A DNA stretch of 64,000 nt, from positions 53,785 to 117,784 of the forward strand of contig CAVYSY010000047.1 in the NCBI GenBank assembly GCA_963771175.1. The letters run 5' to 3'. Positions 1 through 10,295 of the stretch are shown piece by piece; position 1 is the first letter of the stretch, and each line of letters begins with the position of its first letter. The DNA is from an uncultured delta proteobacterium. GTDB lineage: Bacteria > Myxococcota > Myxococcia > Myxococcales > Myxococcaceae. The position numbers and the translations under genes were made by a program. A model generated the notes under the pieces. It was not told where the DNA came from and did not search any database. It saw only the letters and a list, made by a program, of their open reading frames with translations.

Positions 1-2
1 AC

Positions 3-239
3 TACCTCATCGACCAGGGCGTGGACAGCGAGCGCATCCGCACCACGGGCATGGGCGAGGCGCGCCCCATCGCCTCCAACAAGAACCCCGAGGGTCGCGC
101 GAACAACCGCCGGGTGGAGATCGTCATCGAGCGCGGTGTGGGTGGTGCCGGTGCCCAGCAGGAGCAGGAGCAGGAACAGGAGCAGGCTCCGAGCACTCCA
201 GAGCAGTCGGCCCCGGAGCAGCCCGTGCCGACGCCGTAA
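3..239 (+). CDS. OmpA/MotB-family C-terminal domain protein (5' partial)
   Basis: YLIDQGVDSERIRTTGMGEARPIASN...GRANNRRVEI is the OmpA-C peptidoglycan-binding signature; followed by a low-complexity QEQEQEQ/P tail. Confidence 0.85.
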   Translation, partial: YLIDQGVDSERIRTTGMGEARPIASNKNPEGRANNRRVEIVIERGVGGAGAQQEQEQEQEQAPSTPEQSAPEQPVPTP

Positions 240-250
240 GCCGCGCTGCG

Positions 251-294
251 TTTTCAAATGAAACGGCCCCGCCACCTCGAGGGCAGCGGGGCCG
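251..294 (-). terminator. Intrinsic terminator for the BMP gene, between convergent genes
   Basis: 9-bp inverted repeat CGGCCCCGC (264-272) / GCGGGGCCG (286-294), followed on the minus strand by TTTCATTT. Confidence 0.65.
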
Positions 295-317
295 ATGGCT
301 ACCGAACGGCGTGGGCC

Positions 318-1529
318 TTACGGCTTGGCCGGGGCGGCGGTGAGCTGCGAGGGGTGCGTGGGCACCTGGAGCTCACCGGAGACGATCTTGCCGCGCAGCT
401 CCTCGACCTTCTGGAGGGCCTCGGCCTTGCCCGGGAAGTCCACGCGCACGGGAGCGTAGGTGACGCCGCCCTCCTTCAGGCCCAGCACCACGTCCCCGCC
501 CTGGAGCTTGCCCTCGGCCAGGTCACGCACGGCCTCGTAGACGCCCAGGTCCACGCGCTTGATCATCGAGGTCAGCACCGCCTCCGGGGCCACGTGGGAC
601 TGGTCCGAGTCCACGCCGATGACGAACACGGGCTTGCCGGCGGCGCGCGCCTCCTTCACCGCCTGGATGACGCCCAGGCCGTCCGAGCCGGCCGCGTGGT
701 AGACGATGTCCGCGCCCTTCGTCACCAGGTCCTGGCCCACCTGCTTGCCGGCGGCCACGTTGTCGAAGCTACCGGTGTAGTTCACCAGCACGGTGGCCTT
801 GGGGTTGGTGGCGGCCACGCCCGCGCGGAAACCGGCCTCGAACTTCTTGATGAGGGGCACCTCCATGCCGCCCACGAAGCCCACCTTGTTGTTCTTGGTG
901 GTCAGGCCGGCCAGCGCGCCCACCAGGAAGCTGCCCTGCTCCTCGCGGTACATCACCGAGCGCACGTTGGGCAGGATGTAGGGCTTGCCCTCGGCATCGG
1001 CCAGGGTGCTGTCGATGAGCAGGAACTTCGTGTCCGGGTTGCGCTTGGCCACCGTCTCCACGGCGTTCTCGAGCATGAAGCCCACGCCGATGGCCAGGGA
1101 CACGCCCTGGTCCACCAGGAGCTGCAGGTTGGGCTCGTAGTCCTCCGGCACCTTGCTCTGCAGCACCACCGGGGTGACGCCCACCGGGGCGATGTTGCGC
1201 GAGGCCAGGTCCTGCTGGAGCGTCTCCTTCAGCTCCTCCGGGGTGGCGTCCTTGTAGCTGCCACCCTCCATCTTCTTGCCCGCGCCCCACAGCTCCAGGC
1301 CGCGCAGCGCCGAGTCGTTGAAGGAGTGGTCACCGCGGCCGCCCACGTCCGTCACGAGGCCAACCTTCAGCGCCTTCTCCTTCGGAGCGGCGGCCGGAGC
1401 GTTCACGGCGGCGGTGGTCTCTGCGGGCTTGGCGGCCTCGGGCTTCGCCTCCTCCTGCTTCTTGCAGGCGGACACGAGCAGCAGGCCAGACATCAGGGAG
1501 ATGCGCAGGGCGGAGCGAGCAGTAGGCAT
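318..1529 (-). CDS. BMP-family ABC transporter substrate-binding lipoprotein
   Basis: Lipobox LVSAC; motifs VTDVGGRGDHSFND, GFVGGM, AAGSDGLG, VIGVDSDQ, TSMIKRVD. Confidence 0.9.
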   Translation of the reverse strand: MPTARSALRISLMSGLLLVSACKKQEEAKPEAAKPAETTAAVNAPAAAPKEKALKVGLVTDVGGRGDHSFNDSALRGLELWGAGKKMEGGSYKDATPEELKETLQQDLASRNIAPVGVTPVVLQSKVPEDYEPNLQLLVDQGVSLAIGVGFMLENAVETVAKRNPDTKFLLIDSTLADAEGKPYILPNVRSVMYREEQGSFLVGALAGLTTKNNKVGFVGGMEVPLIKKFEAGFRAGVAATNPKATVLVNYTGSFDNVAAGKQVGQDLVTKGADIVYHAAGSDGLGVIQAVKEARAAGKPVFVIGVDSDQSHVAPEAVLTSMIKRVDLGVYEAVRDLAEGKLQGGDVVLGLKEGGVTYAPVRVDFPGKAEALQKVEELRGKIVSGELQVPTHPSQLTAAPAKP

Positions 1530-1567
1530 GGCGCGGCCTCTAGCAGAGCCGCGCCCTCCTCTTCAAG

Positions 1568-2497
1568 TCACGCCAGGAGTGCCGCGCCGATAAGACCACT
1601 GTCGTCGCCCAGCTCGGCATCGCTGATGAGCAGCCCCTCGCGCGAGGTGTTGGAGGCATAGGCCTGCACGCCCTCCAGCACGCGCCGCCGCATGCCCGGG
1701 CAGTGCGACAGCACGCCGCCTCCCAGGATGAGCCGCGCCGGGTTGAGCACCGTCACCTGGTTGGCCACGGCGAGAGCCAGCATGAGGCTGGCACGCTCGT
1801 AGATCTCCCGCGCCTCCAAATCACCCGCGTCCGCCGCCTGCTCCAGCATCACCGGCGTCACCCGGGAGGGGTCTCCGTCCGTCAGCTCCTTCAGGATGAG
1901 CGAGTGCCCGGTGGCCAGCAGCTCGCGCGTCTGCGCGATGAGGTTGTGGCCGCCCGCATACGCCTCCAGGCAGCCCAGCTCGCCGCAGCCGCACCGGCGC
2001 CCGTTGGGCACCACCTTGATGTGGCCCAGCTCGCCCGCCACGCCCCCGCCACCATTCACCAGCCTGCCGCCGGCGATGATGGCGCTGCCCACGCCCGAGC
2101 CCACGAACACCGTGAACATGTCCAGGGCCCCGCGCCCGGCTCCGGCGTTGAGCTCGCCCCAGGCGGCGGCGGACAGGTCGTTCACCACCCGGACGCTGAA
2201 GCCGAGCCGCACCCGGAGCATTTCCCCCAGCGGCACGTTGCGCCAGCCGAGGTTGGGCGCCACCGCCAGCACACCCGACTCACCGTGGATCTGCCCGGCG
2301 GCACCCACGCCACACGCCGTCACCGGCATTCGGGCCGACGCCACCGCGGACTCCGCCGCGTGGGCGATGGACTCCACCACCGCGGAGGGGCTGCGCTCGC
2401 CGAGCGCGACCTTCGAGGCGACGATGATCTTCCCCTGCTCGTCCACCACCGCCGCGCGGGCGAACGTGCCTCCCAGGTCGATTCCGAGCGTGGGCAT
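1568..2497 (-). CDS. ROK-family sugar kinase (glucokinase-like)
   Basis: GIDLGGT ATP-binding motif, GELGHI and CGCGELGCLE ROK Zn motif; start placed at MPTLG. Confidence 0.9.
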   Translation of the reverse strand: MPTLGIDLGGTFARAAVVDEQGKIIVASKVALGERSPSAVVESIAHAAESAVASARMPVTACGVGAAGQIHGESGVLAVAPNLGWRNVPLGEMLRVRLGFSVRVVNDLSAAAWGELNAGAGRGALDMFTVFVGSGVGSAIIAGGRLVNGGGGVAGELGHIKVVPNGRRCGCGELGCLEAYAGGHNLIAQTRELLATGHSLILKELTDGDPSRVTPVMLEQAADAGDLEAREIYERASLMLALAVANQVTVLNPARLILGGGVLSHCPGMRRRVLEGVQAYASNTSREGLLISDAELGDDSGLIGAALLA

Positions 2498-2566
2498 GTG
2501 GGTCCTCCGGTCGGGCAATCAGCCCTTGAGCATGGAGACGAGAGCCGCGAGGCAGGTGCGCCTGCC

Positions 2567-3937
2567 TCAGGTGCCGACTTCGCGCTGCATCTTCGCCACC
2601 GTGCCCTCGATGAGCTGGCGGATCTCCTCCAGCCGCTCGGGAGTACGGGCCTCGAAGCGCAGCACCAGGATGGGCTGGGTGTTGGAGGCGCGGATGAGGC
2701 CCCACCCGTCCGGGAAGGTCACTCGCACGCCGTCCACGTCCACCAGCGAGTAGCCCGCCGCGCGCAGCCACTCGGTGGCGCGCTTGACGATCTCGAACTT
2801 CTTCTCCTCCACCGTGTCCACGCGCAGCTCGGGCGAGGCGTACGTCTTGGGCACGTCCGCCAGCAGCTCGGACAGCGTGGCCTTCTCGTGGGTGAGGATC
2901 TCCAGCAGGCGCGCCGAGGAGTACACGGCGTCGTCGAAGCCGAAGTAGCGGTTCTTGAAGAAGATGTGGCCGCTCATCTCGCCGGCCAGCTCCGCGTGCT
3001 CCTCCTTCATCTTCGCCTTGATGAGGGAGTGGCCCGCCTTCCACATCACCGGCTTGCCGCCGTGCTTCGCGATGTCGTCATAGAGGGTGTAGGAGCACTT
3101 CACCTCGCCGACGATGGCCGCGCCCGGGCTCTCCTTCAGCACGTAGCGGCTGAAGAGGATCATGATCTGATCGCCCCAGAGGATGTTGCCCTGGTCGTCC
3201 ACCACGCCGATGCGGTCGCTGTCGCCGTCGTAGGCGATGCCCACCTCGGCCTTCTCGCGCTTCACCGCCGCGATGAGGTCCTGCATGTTCTCCACCACCG
3301 TGGGGTCCGGGTGGTGGTTGGGGAAGGTGGCGTCCATCTCGCAGAAGAGCGGGACGACGTCGAAGCCCATGGCCTCGAAGAGCGGCACGGCGATGGCGCC
3401 GCCGGTGCCGTTGCCCGCGTCGATGACGATCTTCATCCCCTTGCGGCCCACCTTCACCGTCTGGCGGACGAAGTGGTTGTACGGGGTGATGATGTCGAAC
3501 TCGCTCACGGTGCCCGGCTTGTCGGAGTGCTCGAAGTCGCGCGCCTCGATGAGCCGGCGCAGCGCCTGGATCTCGTGACCGTGGAAGGTCGTCTTGCCGG
3601 CGCCAATCTTGAAGCCGTTGTACTCGGGCGGGTTGTGGCTGCCGGTGATCATCGCCAGGCCGTCCACCGGCAGGGTGTTGGCGGCGAAGTAGGTCAGCGG
3701 GGTGGGCACCACGCCGACGTCGAGCACGTTGAGACCGGTGGAGGTGAGGCCACGGCAGAGGGCGTCGCGGAAGCGGGTGGAGGACTCGCGGCAGTCGCGG
3801 CCGACCACGATGGAGCGTCCGCCCTGGCGCCGCACCACGGTGCCGAGTCCCTTCCCCAGCAGTTCCACCACCTCGACGGTGAGGTCCTTATCCACCAGGC
3901 CACGGATGTCGTACTCGCGGAAGATGTGCGCGTTCAT
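2567..3937 (-). CDS. Phosphomannomutase/phosphoglucomutase
   Basis: IFREYDIRG, TGSHNP phosphoserine loop, DGDSDR metal loop, GEMSGH, RASNTQP. Confidence 0.95.
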   Translation of the reverse strand: MNAHIFREYDIRGLVDKDLTVEVVELLGKGLGTVVRRQGGRSIVVGRDCRESSTRFRDALCRGLTSTGLNVLDVGVVPTPLTYFAANTLPVDGLAMITGSHNPPEYNGFKIGAGKTTFHGHEIQALRRLIEARDFEHSDKPGTVSEFDIITPYNHFVRQTVKVGRKGMKIVIDAGNGTGGAIAVPLFEAMGFDVVPLFCEMDATFPNHHPDPTVVENMQDLIAAVKREKAEVGIAYDGDSDRIGVVDDQGNILWGDQIMILFSRYVLKESPGAAIVGEVKCSYTLYDDIAKHGGKPVMWKAGHSLIKAKMKEEHAELAGEMSGHIFFKNRYFGFDDAVYSSARLLEILTHEKATLSELLADVPKTYASPELRVDTVEEKKFEIVKRATEWLRAAGYSLVDVDGVRVTFPDGWGLIRASNTQPILVLRFEARTPERLEEIRQLIEGTVAKMQREVGT

Positions 3938-4109
3938 GAGGCTGTTTCCTGAAAGCCCTCGGGGGGCATGTCGAGGGCGGCGCACTGTACACAAGCGCGG
4001 GGCGGTGGAGTATGCAAGCGAGGTCTTTCCAACCCCTTGAAATCCGAGCCTTTCAGGTGGCGGACATGAGCGGGCCTTCTGACCTGCTTGCACTGGGGAC
4101 GGGGGAGGC

Positions 4110-5261
4110 TCAGCCGGCGGTCCGGGCCTCCAGCTCGCGGTCGAAGTCCACGAGCGCCCGGACGATGTGCTCCCGCGAGTCGGAGAGCAGCAGGTACCGC
4201 GCGTAGTCGTGCCCCCGGGCGAGCTGCTCCAGGAGCGGGTAGACCGGGCGCGTCCGCGTCCAGAACTCCTGGCCCAGGAAGATCATCGGGCTGACCACGC
4301 CCACGGTGTTGTAGTGGTTCTGGCAGGCATCCTGGAAGACCTCCTGGATGGTGCCAGCGCTGCCCGGGGAGTAGATGACGCCCCCCTTCGCGATGGTGAG
4401 CAGGCCGTCCTCGCGCACGCTGTTGGCGAAGTACTTGGCGATGTGGGTGGCGAAGGGATTGGGCGGCTCGTGGCCGTAGTGCCAGGTGGGGAGGCCCAGG
4501 CTCTCGCAGGCCGGGCGGTCCTCGTCCCGCAGCGGCCAGGCCGCGCGCACCTCGAAGGCCCGCGCGAGCCACTCCCGGTCCTGGTAGCTCGGGGCCTTGG
4601 ACAGCAGCGCGAGGGCCGAGTCCAGCTCCGCCTCGCTCCGGCGGGCGAACCAGGCGCCCAGGTGCGTGGCCTCCATGGCGCCCGGTCCCCCGCCGCTCAC
4701 CAGGAAGAAGCCGAGGCGCGCCAGCTCGCGGGCCAGCTCCGCCACGGCGCGGTAGTCGGGCTGTCCCCGGCGCATGGAGTGGCCGCCCATGATGGCCACC
4801 ACCTTGCGCGGGCGACCCTGGTGGGCGAGCACATCCTCCATGGCATCGGTGACGGCATGGTCATGGAGCCGCTGCGCCAGCGTCTCCAGCAGCGAGGGAG
4901 GGTTGGCCCCGCCGCGCGAGTTCCAATGGGCGTAGATGCGGGCGTCGGGCGTGTCCGCGTAGCTCTCGGGGCGCGCGGGGTCGAAGCCGGCGTACAGCTC
5001 CTCCGGGGTGTAGAGGCTCCCCCGGTAGGGCGAATAGGGCAGCCCCGAGAAGGGCGGGAAGACCATGGCCCCGTGCGCGAGGACGGCCTGCAGCGTGTCC
5101 TTCTCGAGCTGGCAGCCCAGGAAGACGGTGCCGGTGAGGTCCGCGGCCAGCAACGCCCGGGTGCGCCCCGTCAGGTCGAGCCCCTGCAGGATGACGTTGG
5201 CGAGGCTCCTCCCGCTCGCCAGGTGCTGCTCGAATACCGCGAGGCTCTCAATCTCGACCAC
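4110..5261 (-). CDS. LOG/SLOG-family nucleotide-binding protein
   Basis: SGGGPGAMEA and PGSAGTIQE motifs of the LOG Rossmann fold. Confidence 0.75.
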   Translation of the reverse strand: MVEIESLAVFEQHLASGRSLANVILQGLDLTGRTRALLAADLTGTVFLGCQLEKDTLQAVLAHGAMVFPPFSGLPYSPYRGSLYTPEELYAGFDPARPESYADTPDARIYAHWNSRGGANPPSLLETLAQRLHDHAVTDAMEDVLAHQGRPRKVVAIMGGHSMRRGQPDYRAVAELARELARLGFFLVSGGGPGAMEATHLGAWFARRSEAELDSALALLSKAPSYQDREWLARAFEVRAAWPLRDEDRPACESLGLPTWHYGHEPPNPFATHIAKYFANSVREDGLLTIAKGGVIYSPGSAGTIQEVFQDACQNHYNTVGVVSPMIFLGQEFWTRTRPVYPLLEQLARGHDYARYLLLSDSREHIVRALVDFDRELEARTAG

Positions 5262-5374
5262 GCCAACCTCCCGTGAGTGCGAAGAGCATCGAGGCTATCA
5301 GGAGACCCTCGCCTCCGGGATGAATCCTCGGGCCTTCATGACCAATCCCGAGAAGCCGTGTTCGAGGGAGCACC

Positions 5375-6415
5375 TCATCTCAGCCTGTCCCGTCTTTGCC
5401 GTGTCAGCTCCGCTTCGAGTTCCTGGACGGAAGGCAGGCTCCTGGCAAGGTTGTTGGGCAATCGCTCGGTCAGCCTGTATGCGGAGACTCCGATGGGCCT
5501 TTTCGTGTCCCTGAGGGCGTACTCGACGATGACCCGGTCCCGCTCCTTGCAGAGGATGAGCCCGATACTGGGCTGATCACTCTCATGGCGGAGAGTGTCG
5601 TCCACAGCCGACAGATAGAAGTTCATCTTCCCGGCGTATTCTGGCTCGAACTCGCCCGTCTTCAGCTCGATGACGACGAAGCAGCGCAGGCGCAGGTGAT
5701 AGAAGAGCAGATCGATGTAGAAGTCCTTCTTTGCTACTTCGATGGGCACCTGGCTGCCGACGAAGGCGAAGCCAACCCCCAGTTCCAACAGAAAGTCTCG
5801 AATGTGGACCAGCAACTCACGCTCGAGCTCCCGCTCTCGAAGTTCCAAGCCGAACGGCAGGAAGTCGAGGGTGTACGGATCCTTGAGCGTCTGTTGAGCG
5901 AGATCTGACTGGGGCGGGGGCAGAGTCTGGGCAAAGTTCGTGATGGCATGACCCTGCCGCCGGTGCAGTCCCCCATCGATCTGGTGCACCAACACATTGC
6001 GAGACCAACCATGCTCGAGGGTCTGGCGCACGTAGAAGAGCCGGTGCTCCGGGTCACGGACACGGTCAAGCAACCGCACATGGTGGCCCCAGGGGATTCG
6101 TGCAACAAGTTGTTGCACAATTGGCTCATCAGGCCACGCCTCGGCGAAAGCCCGCATGTACTGCAGATTGCGGACGGAGAAGCCCTTGTTCGAGGGGAAG
6201 GCCCGCCGCAAATCCGCGCTGAGCCGGTCAATGACCTGGGCGCCCCACCCTTCCCGGGCCTGCTGATCCAGGAGCTTCCGTCCAATCCGCCAGTACAGCA
6301 GGACGAGTTCGGAGTTCGCCGAGAACACCGCGCGAACCTGCGCTTGGCGGATACCAACCTTCAGATCCTCCAAGAACCTGGCGTAACCGGGGGGAACGAA
6401 TGAGCGGGGAGACAT
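5375..6415 (-). CDS. DUF1016/YhcG PD-(D/E)XK nuclease domain protein
   Basis: LYWRIG, GFSVRNLQYMR, PWGHH, KDPYTLDFL, FLLELGVGFAFVG, DLLFYHLRLRCFVVIELK motifs; visibly more A/T-ending codons than neighbours. Confidence 0.92.
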   Translation of the reverse strand: MSPRSFVPPGYARFLEDLKVGIRQAQVRAVFSANSELVLLYWRIGRKLLDQQAREGWGAQVIDRLSADLRRAFPSNKGFSVRNLQYMRAFAEAWPDEPIVQQLVARIPWGHHVRLLDRVRDPEHRLFYVRQTLEHGWSRNVLVHQIDGGLHRRQGHAITNFAQTLPPPQSDLAQQTLKDPYTLDFLPFGLELRERELERELLVHIRDFLLELGVGFAFVGSQVPIEVAKKDFYIDLLFYHLRLRCFVVIELKTGEFEPEYAGKMNFYLSAVDDTLRHESDQPSIGLILCKERDRVIVEYALRDTKRPIGVSAYRLTERLPNNLARSLPSVQELEAELTRQRRDRLR

Positions 6416-6543
6416 TCCAGACCACGAACCCTACTCTTCTGGTTCCCTATAGGCAACCCACCTTTCTCGTCACCCACCGAGCAGTCACACCTCTCGCAAG
6501 GAGGTGCCCGTCCATTCCAGCAACCATCCCACCTCCCAGGCCC

Positions 6544-8422
6544 TCAAGGCCCGGGCTGGCCGCCGAAGGACTCGGCGCCACGGGGCTGACGCCCGTACGC
6601 CTCGCCCGGCTTCAGCGGTGCCAGCCACAGCAGGTCCAGGGCCTGCATCCCGTCGGGCGAGTAGAGGGACACCTCGGGGCGCTCCGGGCTCATCGTCGCG
6701 CCCAGCCCCTCCGCGCCGGAGGCCCCCTGGCGGAAGGTGACGAGCTGCCCGGGCGCCACGGTGAGGGCGGGCAGCCGCCACTGGGTGGTCATCCGGGTAT
6801 GTCCCGAGAGGTAGAGGCCGTCCAGGGACACCGACGCGCGCCCCCGGTTGTAGAGCTGCACCCAGAAGGCGCCGGAGGCGTCGCGGCCCACCCGGTCGAT
6901 GACGAGCGGCCCGTTGCCCAGCGCCTCGATGGCGTGGAGGTGGCTGTGCAACCACGCGTTGCGCTCGTGCACGAAGCGGCGGAGGTAATCGGCACTGCGC
7001 GCGGCGTGCTCGGGGCTGACGTACGGGTCCACCGTCTTGCCGTCCTTGCCGGGGAGGATGTACGGAGCGAGCAGCTTGTGCATGGCCTCCACGCGCGGGC
7101 GGATGTTGGCCTCGGTGAACCAGGTGTCGAGCAACAGGCGCAGCCGGGCGACATAGCGGGCGCGCAGGGCCGAGTCATCGTAGATGCGCGTGGTCAGCGT
7201 GCTGTACGTGGGCTTCATGTCCGTCACGCCGAGCACGTCACGGCGGAACACGAAGAGCTCGTACACTCTCGGGTCATAGGCGGTGTACGAGAAAAGCGGG
7301 TGCTCACCCTTCACGCCCTGGATGACGGCGTTGGTGCGGTTGTAGAGGGACAGCGCGTTGTTGAGGTCCCACGGCACGTACGTCCACCTGCCCAGCTCGC
7401 GGTCGTAGACGAGATAGCTGCGCGAGTCGCCCTGGAGGTCGTTGGCGATGAAGGCGTCCAGCGCCATCCACGTGAGGTAGTCCTCCAGCTCCAGCTTCTG
7501 CTCGGCGAAGGCGGCGAACCGGTGCGGCGGCGTGCGGTTCACCCCCTCGAGGAAGCTCCACAGCCCATCCCACGGCTCCTTCTCGTGGGTCTTCTTGTCC
7601 CACTTCTCCTGGTACGGCTCCTGGGGCGGCTGGCGCAGCTCGCAGTCGACCATGCCACAGCGGTAGAGGTCCCCGTCATCATCGAAATCGTGGGCCGCGA
7701 GGAAGTCCTTGTTGATGGACTCCAGCTCGGTGAAGACGCCCTCGTACTTCGTGAGGACGCTCCCGTTGACCTGGACGATGTGGAGCTTCACGTGGACGTA
7801 GCGGGCGCTCGGCACGCGCAGGCCCACGCTGGCGGCCAGGTCGTACCAGAGCTTCTCGGTGAGGTAGCCCGAGTCCTTCCACGTCGCGAGCAGCTCGATG
7901 TTCTTCTTCCCCTGGAAGCGAGCCTCCTTGTCGAAGCGCACGTCCCAGGACTTCTTCACGATGCGCGGGTCCGTCTTGGTGGAGCGCCCGCGGAAGCTCA
8001 GCTCCACCGGGTACGTGCGGCCCTCGTGGAGGAACTGGCCCTTCACCTGGAATTTCCTCGAGGGAGGATCCGGAATGTGGTCGTAGAGGGCCTGGTAGTC
8101 CGCCTGACTCAGCGTCAGCTCGTAGGTGGGAATGGACGTCTGCAGTGCCGGCCACCGGGGCTTCGAGGGCGAGGGCCTCGAGCCCGTATGAGTCCCCGAG
8201 TCGGGATTGCCGGCATCCGGTGAACCCGCGTCCGGTGTGCCCGCATCCGGTGTGCCCGCGTCCGGTGTGCCCGCGTCCGGCGGCTCGGGGCGCGTCCCGG
8301 AATCGGGAGGCTCGGAGTCGAAGAGGTCCGTGGGGTCCTCTCGCACGTCGCGTCGGGTCGCTCGAGCCACCGACACACGCCCCCAGGAGGAGGAGCAGTC
8401 CAGTGAGGAACGCGATTCTCAT
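6544..8422 (-). CDS. CotH-kinase-family lipoprotein (one apparent frameshift near 8345)
   Basis: Signal and lipobox MRIAFLTGLLLLLGAC in one frame, continuing in another frame with FRGRST, KKSW, ESINKDFL, PWDLNNAL CotH motifs. Confidence 0.8.
8191..8280 (-). repeat. Six imperfect 15-bp tandem units encoding a PDAGT-type linker
   Basis: CCGGACGCGGGCACA consensus on the minus strand; protein PDAGT-PDAGT-PDAGT-PDAGS-PDAGN-PDSGT. Confidence 0.9.
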
Positions 8423-8474
8423 ACACCCGCCCAGAAACAAGTGATGCGCCAGGGTCGCGGCCCTCGGAGGGCAC

Positions 8475-10295
8475 TCACGGGGAAGGCGTCGCATGGCGCT
8501 CGGGGGCCTCGGCGGAGGCCGTGCGCAGGCGCTGCGCGAGCGAGTGGTAGTAGCGGTGCAGCGAGAGGTTGAGCGGATCGACGGTGAGGGCCTCGGCGTA
8601 GCGCGCCAGGGCGGCGTCGAGCACATGCTGGGCCTCCAGGAGGATGCCCTCGTCGAAGAAGGAGCGCGCGCGGGCCTCCGCGTCCGGACGGGTGGCGAGG
8701 AAGGCCTGACGCAGGCGCTCCACCGCGCTCAGCGACACCCCGGCGACGATGCAGCGGGCCACGCCCCGGAAGTTGCCCCGGGCCGCATCGAAGCGCGCGC
8801 GAGAGAGCGGATCGCCCAGCGTCCTCCGGGCCATCTCCAGCCGGTCGCGGAGCGACGTGAGGGCCTGGCGCTGCTCGGGAGGCAGGGGTCGATGCCAGAA
8901 GGGCTCGAGCCGGCGGTGGGCCTGGGTGACACGCTGTAGCACCTCGGCGAAGTCCGAGTGCGGGTGGATGGCCAGGAGGGTGTAGGGGTCCTGGCTGCTC
9001 GCGGCCGCGCGGGCCAGCAGTTGGGCGAGCTCCGGATCCGGCGTCGGCTCCGCGGGAGGAGGCGCCAGCGCCTGGGCCACCAGGCGGCGCACGTCCTCGG
9101 AGGGCTCGGAGAAGTGGAGGATGAAGCACTGGCGGCCGCCCCAGGAGCGCGCCTCCTCCGCGGGCAGCAGGCGCACCACGTCGCACGCGCATTCGAGCGC
9201 CCAGCCGTTGAGGGACAGCTCCACCCGGAGGCGGGCGCCGAGCCTCGGCAACGGCGCGTCACTGGCGATGCGCAGGCCCTCCTCGCTCACGTCGTTGACG
9301 AGCACCGACTGCAGCCCGGGACGGTGCGGATCCTCGACCCGCACGCGGAAGGCGGGAGGCGCGATGCAGCCGAAGGCGGGACGCCGCATGGCCTCGCGCA
9401 GGGCCGAGCGGAAGGCCCGGGCGCTGACGAAGCGCTCGTCGGGGCGCAGGGACATGGCCTGCATCAGCAGCGTGGAGAGGGCCGGCGGCACGCGCTCCTC
9501 GAGGACGTGCGGCGGCAGCGGCCGGGTGGGCTTGTGGACGAGGAGCATCTCGCCCATGCGCCCGCCACCGCCGAAGGGCAGCCGCCCGGTGAGGAGCCGG
9601 TAGCCCACCACCGCGAGCGCGTACAGGTCCGCGCGCCCATCCGGCTCGGCGCGCACCCACAGCTCGGGAGCGAGGTAGGCGGGGCTGCCCACCACCATCC
9701 CGGCGGCGAGCTCCTCCTCGGAGAAGCCCGCGGCCAGGGGGCCGGCCATGCCGAAGTCGAGAATCTTCACGCGCCGCTCACCCTCCCGGTTGGTGGTGAG
9801 GACGAGGTTCTCCGGCTTGATGTCGCGGTGGATGACGCCGCACGCGTGCGCGGCCTCCAGGCCCTCCAGCACCTGGGAGAGCAGGAACACGGCCTCCTCG
9901 GGAGGCAGCGGCAGCGACAACTTCGACAACGGGGTGCCGGTGACGCACTCCATGAGGAGGCAGTGGTGGCCGCTGGGCGCCTGACGCACGTCGAGGACAC
10001 GGGCCACACTGGGGTGGATGATGTGCTGGGAGAGGTGCGCCTCCGAGTAGAAGCGGCTGAGCACGGCCGGGTTCTCGGCCAGGTGCGAGTGGAGCACCTT
10101 CACCGCGAAGTGCGCACCCGAGGACGAGTGCTCGGCGAGGTACACGGTGCCGAGCGCCCCCGCGCCCAGCTTGCGAACGAGGACGAGTGGCCCGTAGCCC
10201 ATGCCCGACAGGGCCTCGCTGTCACACGGAGGTCCCACGGGCAGGGTGCACGGTGCACTGGTTGGATGATCAACGAAGCAGTGGTTGCAACCCAT
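8475..10295 (-). CDS. Ser/Thr protein kinase with PilZ-like and C-terminal helical/TPR region (Pkn1-like architecture)
   Basis: GAGALG, FAVK, HRDIKPEN, DFG, APE; N-terminal CxxC..H..C; DVSEEG PilZ-like motif; C-terminal RARFDAARGNFRGVARC resembles Myxococcus Pkn1 as recalled. Confidence 0.85.
   Translation of the reverse strand: MGCNHCFVDHPTSAPCTLPVGPPCDSEALSGMGYGPLVLVRKLGAGALGTVYLAEHSSSGAHFAVKVLHSHLAENPAVLSRFYSEAHLSQHIIHPSVARVLDVRQAPSGHHCLLMECVTGTPLSKLSLPLPPEEAVFLLSQVLEGLEAAHACGVIHRDIKPENLVLTTNREGERRVKILDFGMAGPLAAGFSEEELAAGMVVGSPAYLAPELWVRAEPDGRADLYALAVVGYRLLTGRLPFGGGGRMGEMLLVHKPTRPLPPHVLEERVPPALSTLLMQAMSLRPDERFVSARAFRSALREAMRRPAFGCIAPPAFRVRVEDPHRPGLQSVLVNDVSEEGLRIASDAPLPRLGARLRVELSLNGWALECACDVVRLLPAEEARSWGGRQCFILHFSEPSEDVRRLVAQALAPPPAEPTPDPELAQLLARAAASSQDPYTLLAIHPHSDFAEVLQRVTQAHRRLEPFWHRPLPPEQRQALTSLRDRLEMARRTLGDPLSRARFDAARGNFRGVARCIVAGVSLSAVERLRQAFLATRPDAEARARSFFDEGILLEAQHVLDAALARYAEALTVDPLNLSLHRYYHSLAQRLRTASAEAPERHATPSP

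Noticed and set aside
156..186. CAGGAG hexamer repeat as a phase-variation tract
   Set aside because: In-frame QE low-complexity tail after the OmpA domain; a length change would not shift the frame
8191..8280. CRISPR-like repeat array
   Set aside because: 15-bp in-frame coding tandem repeats without spacers; no cas genes in the window
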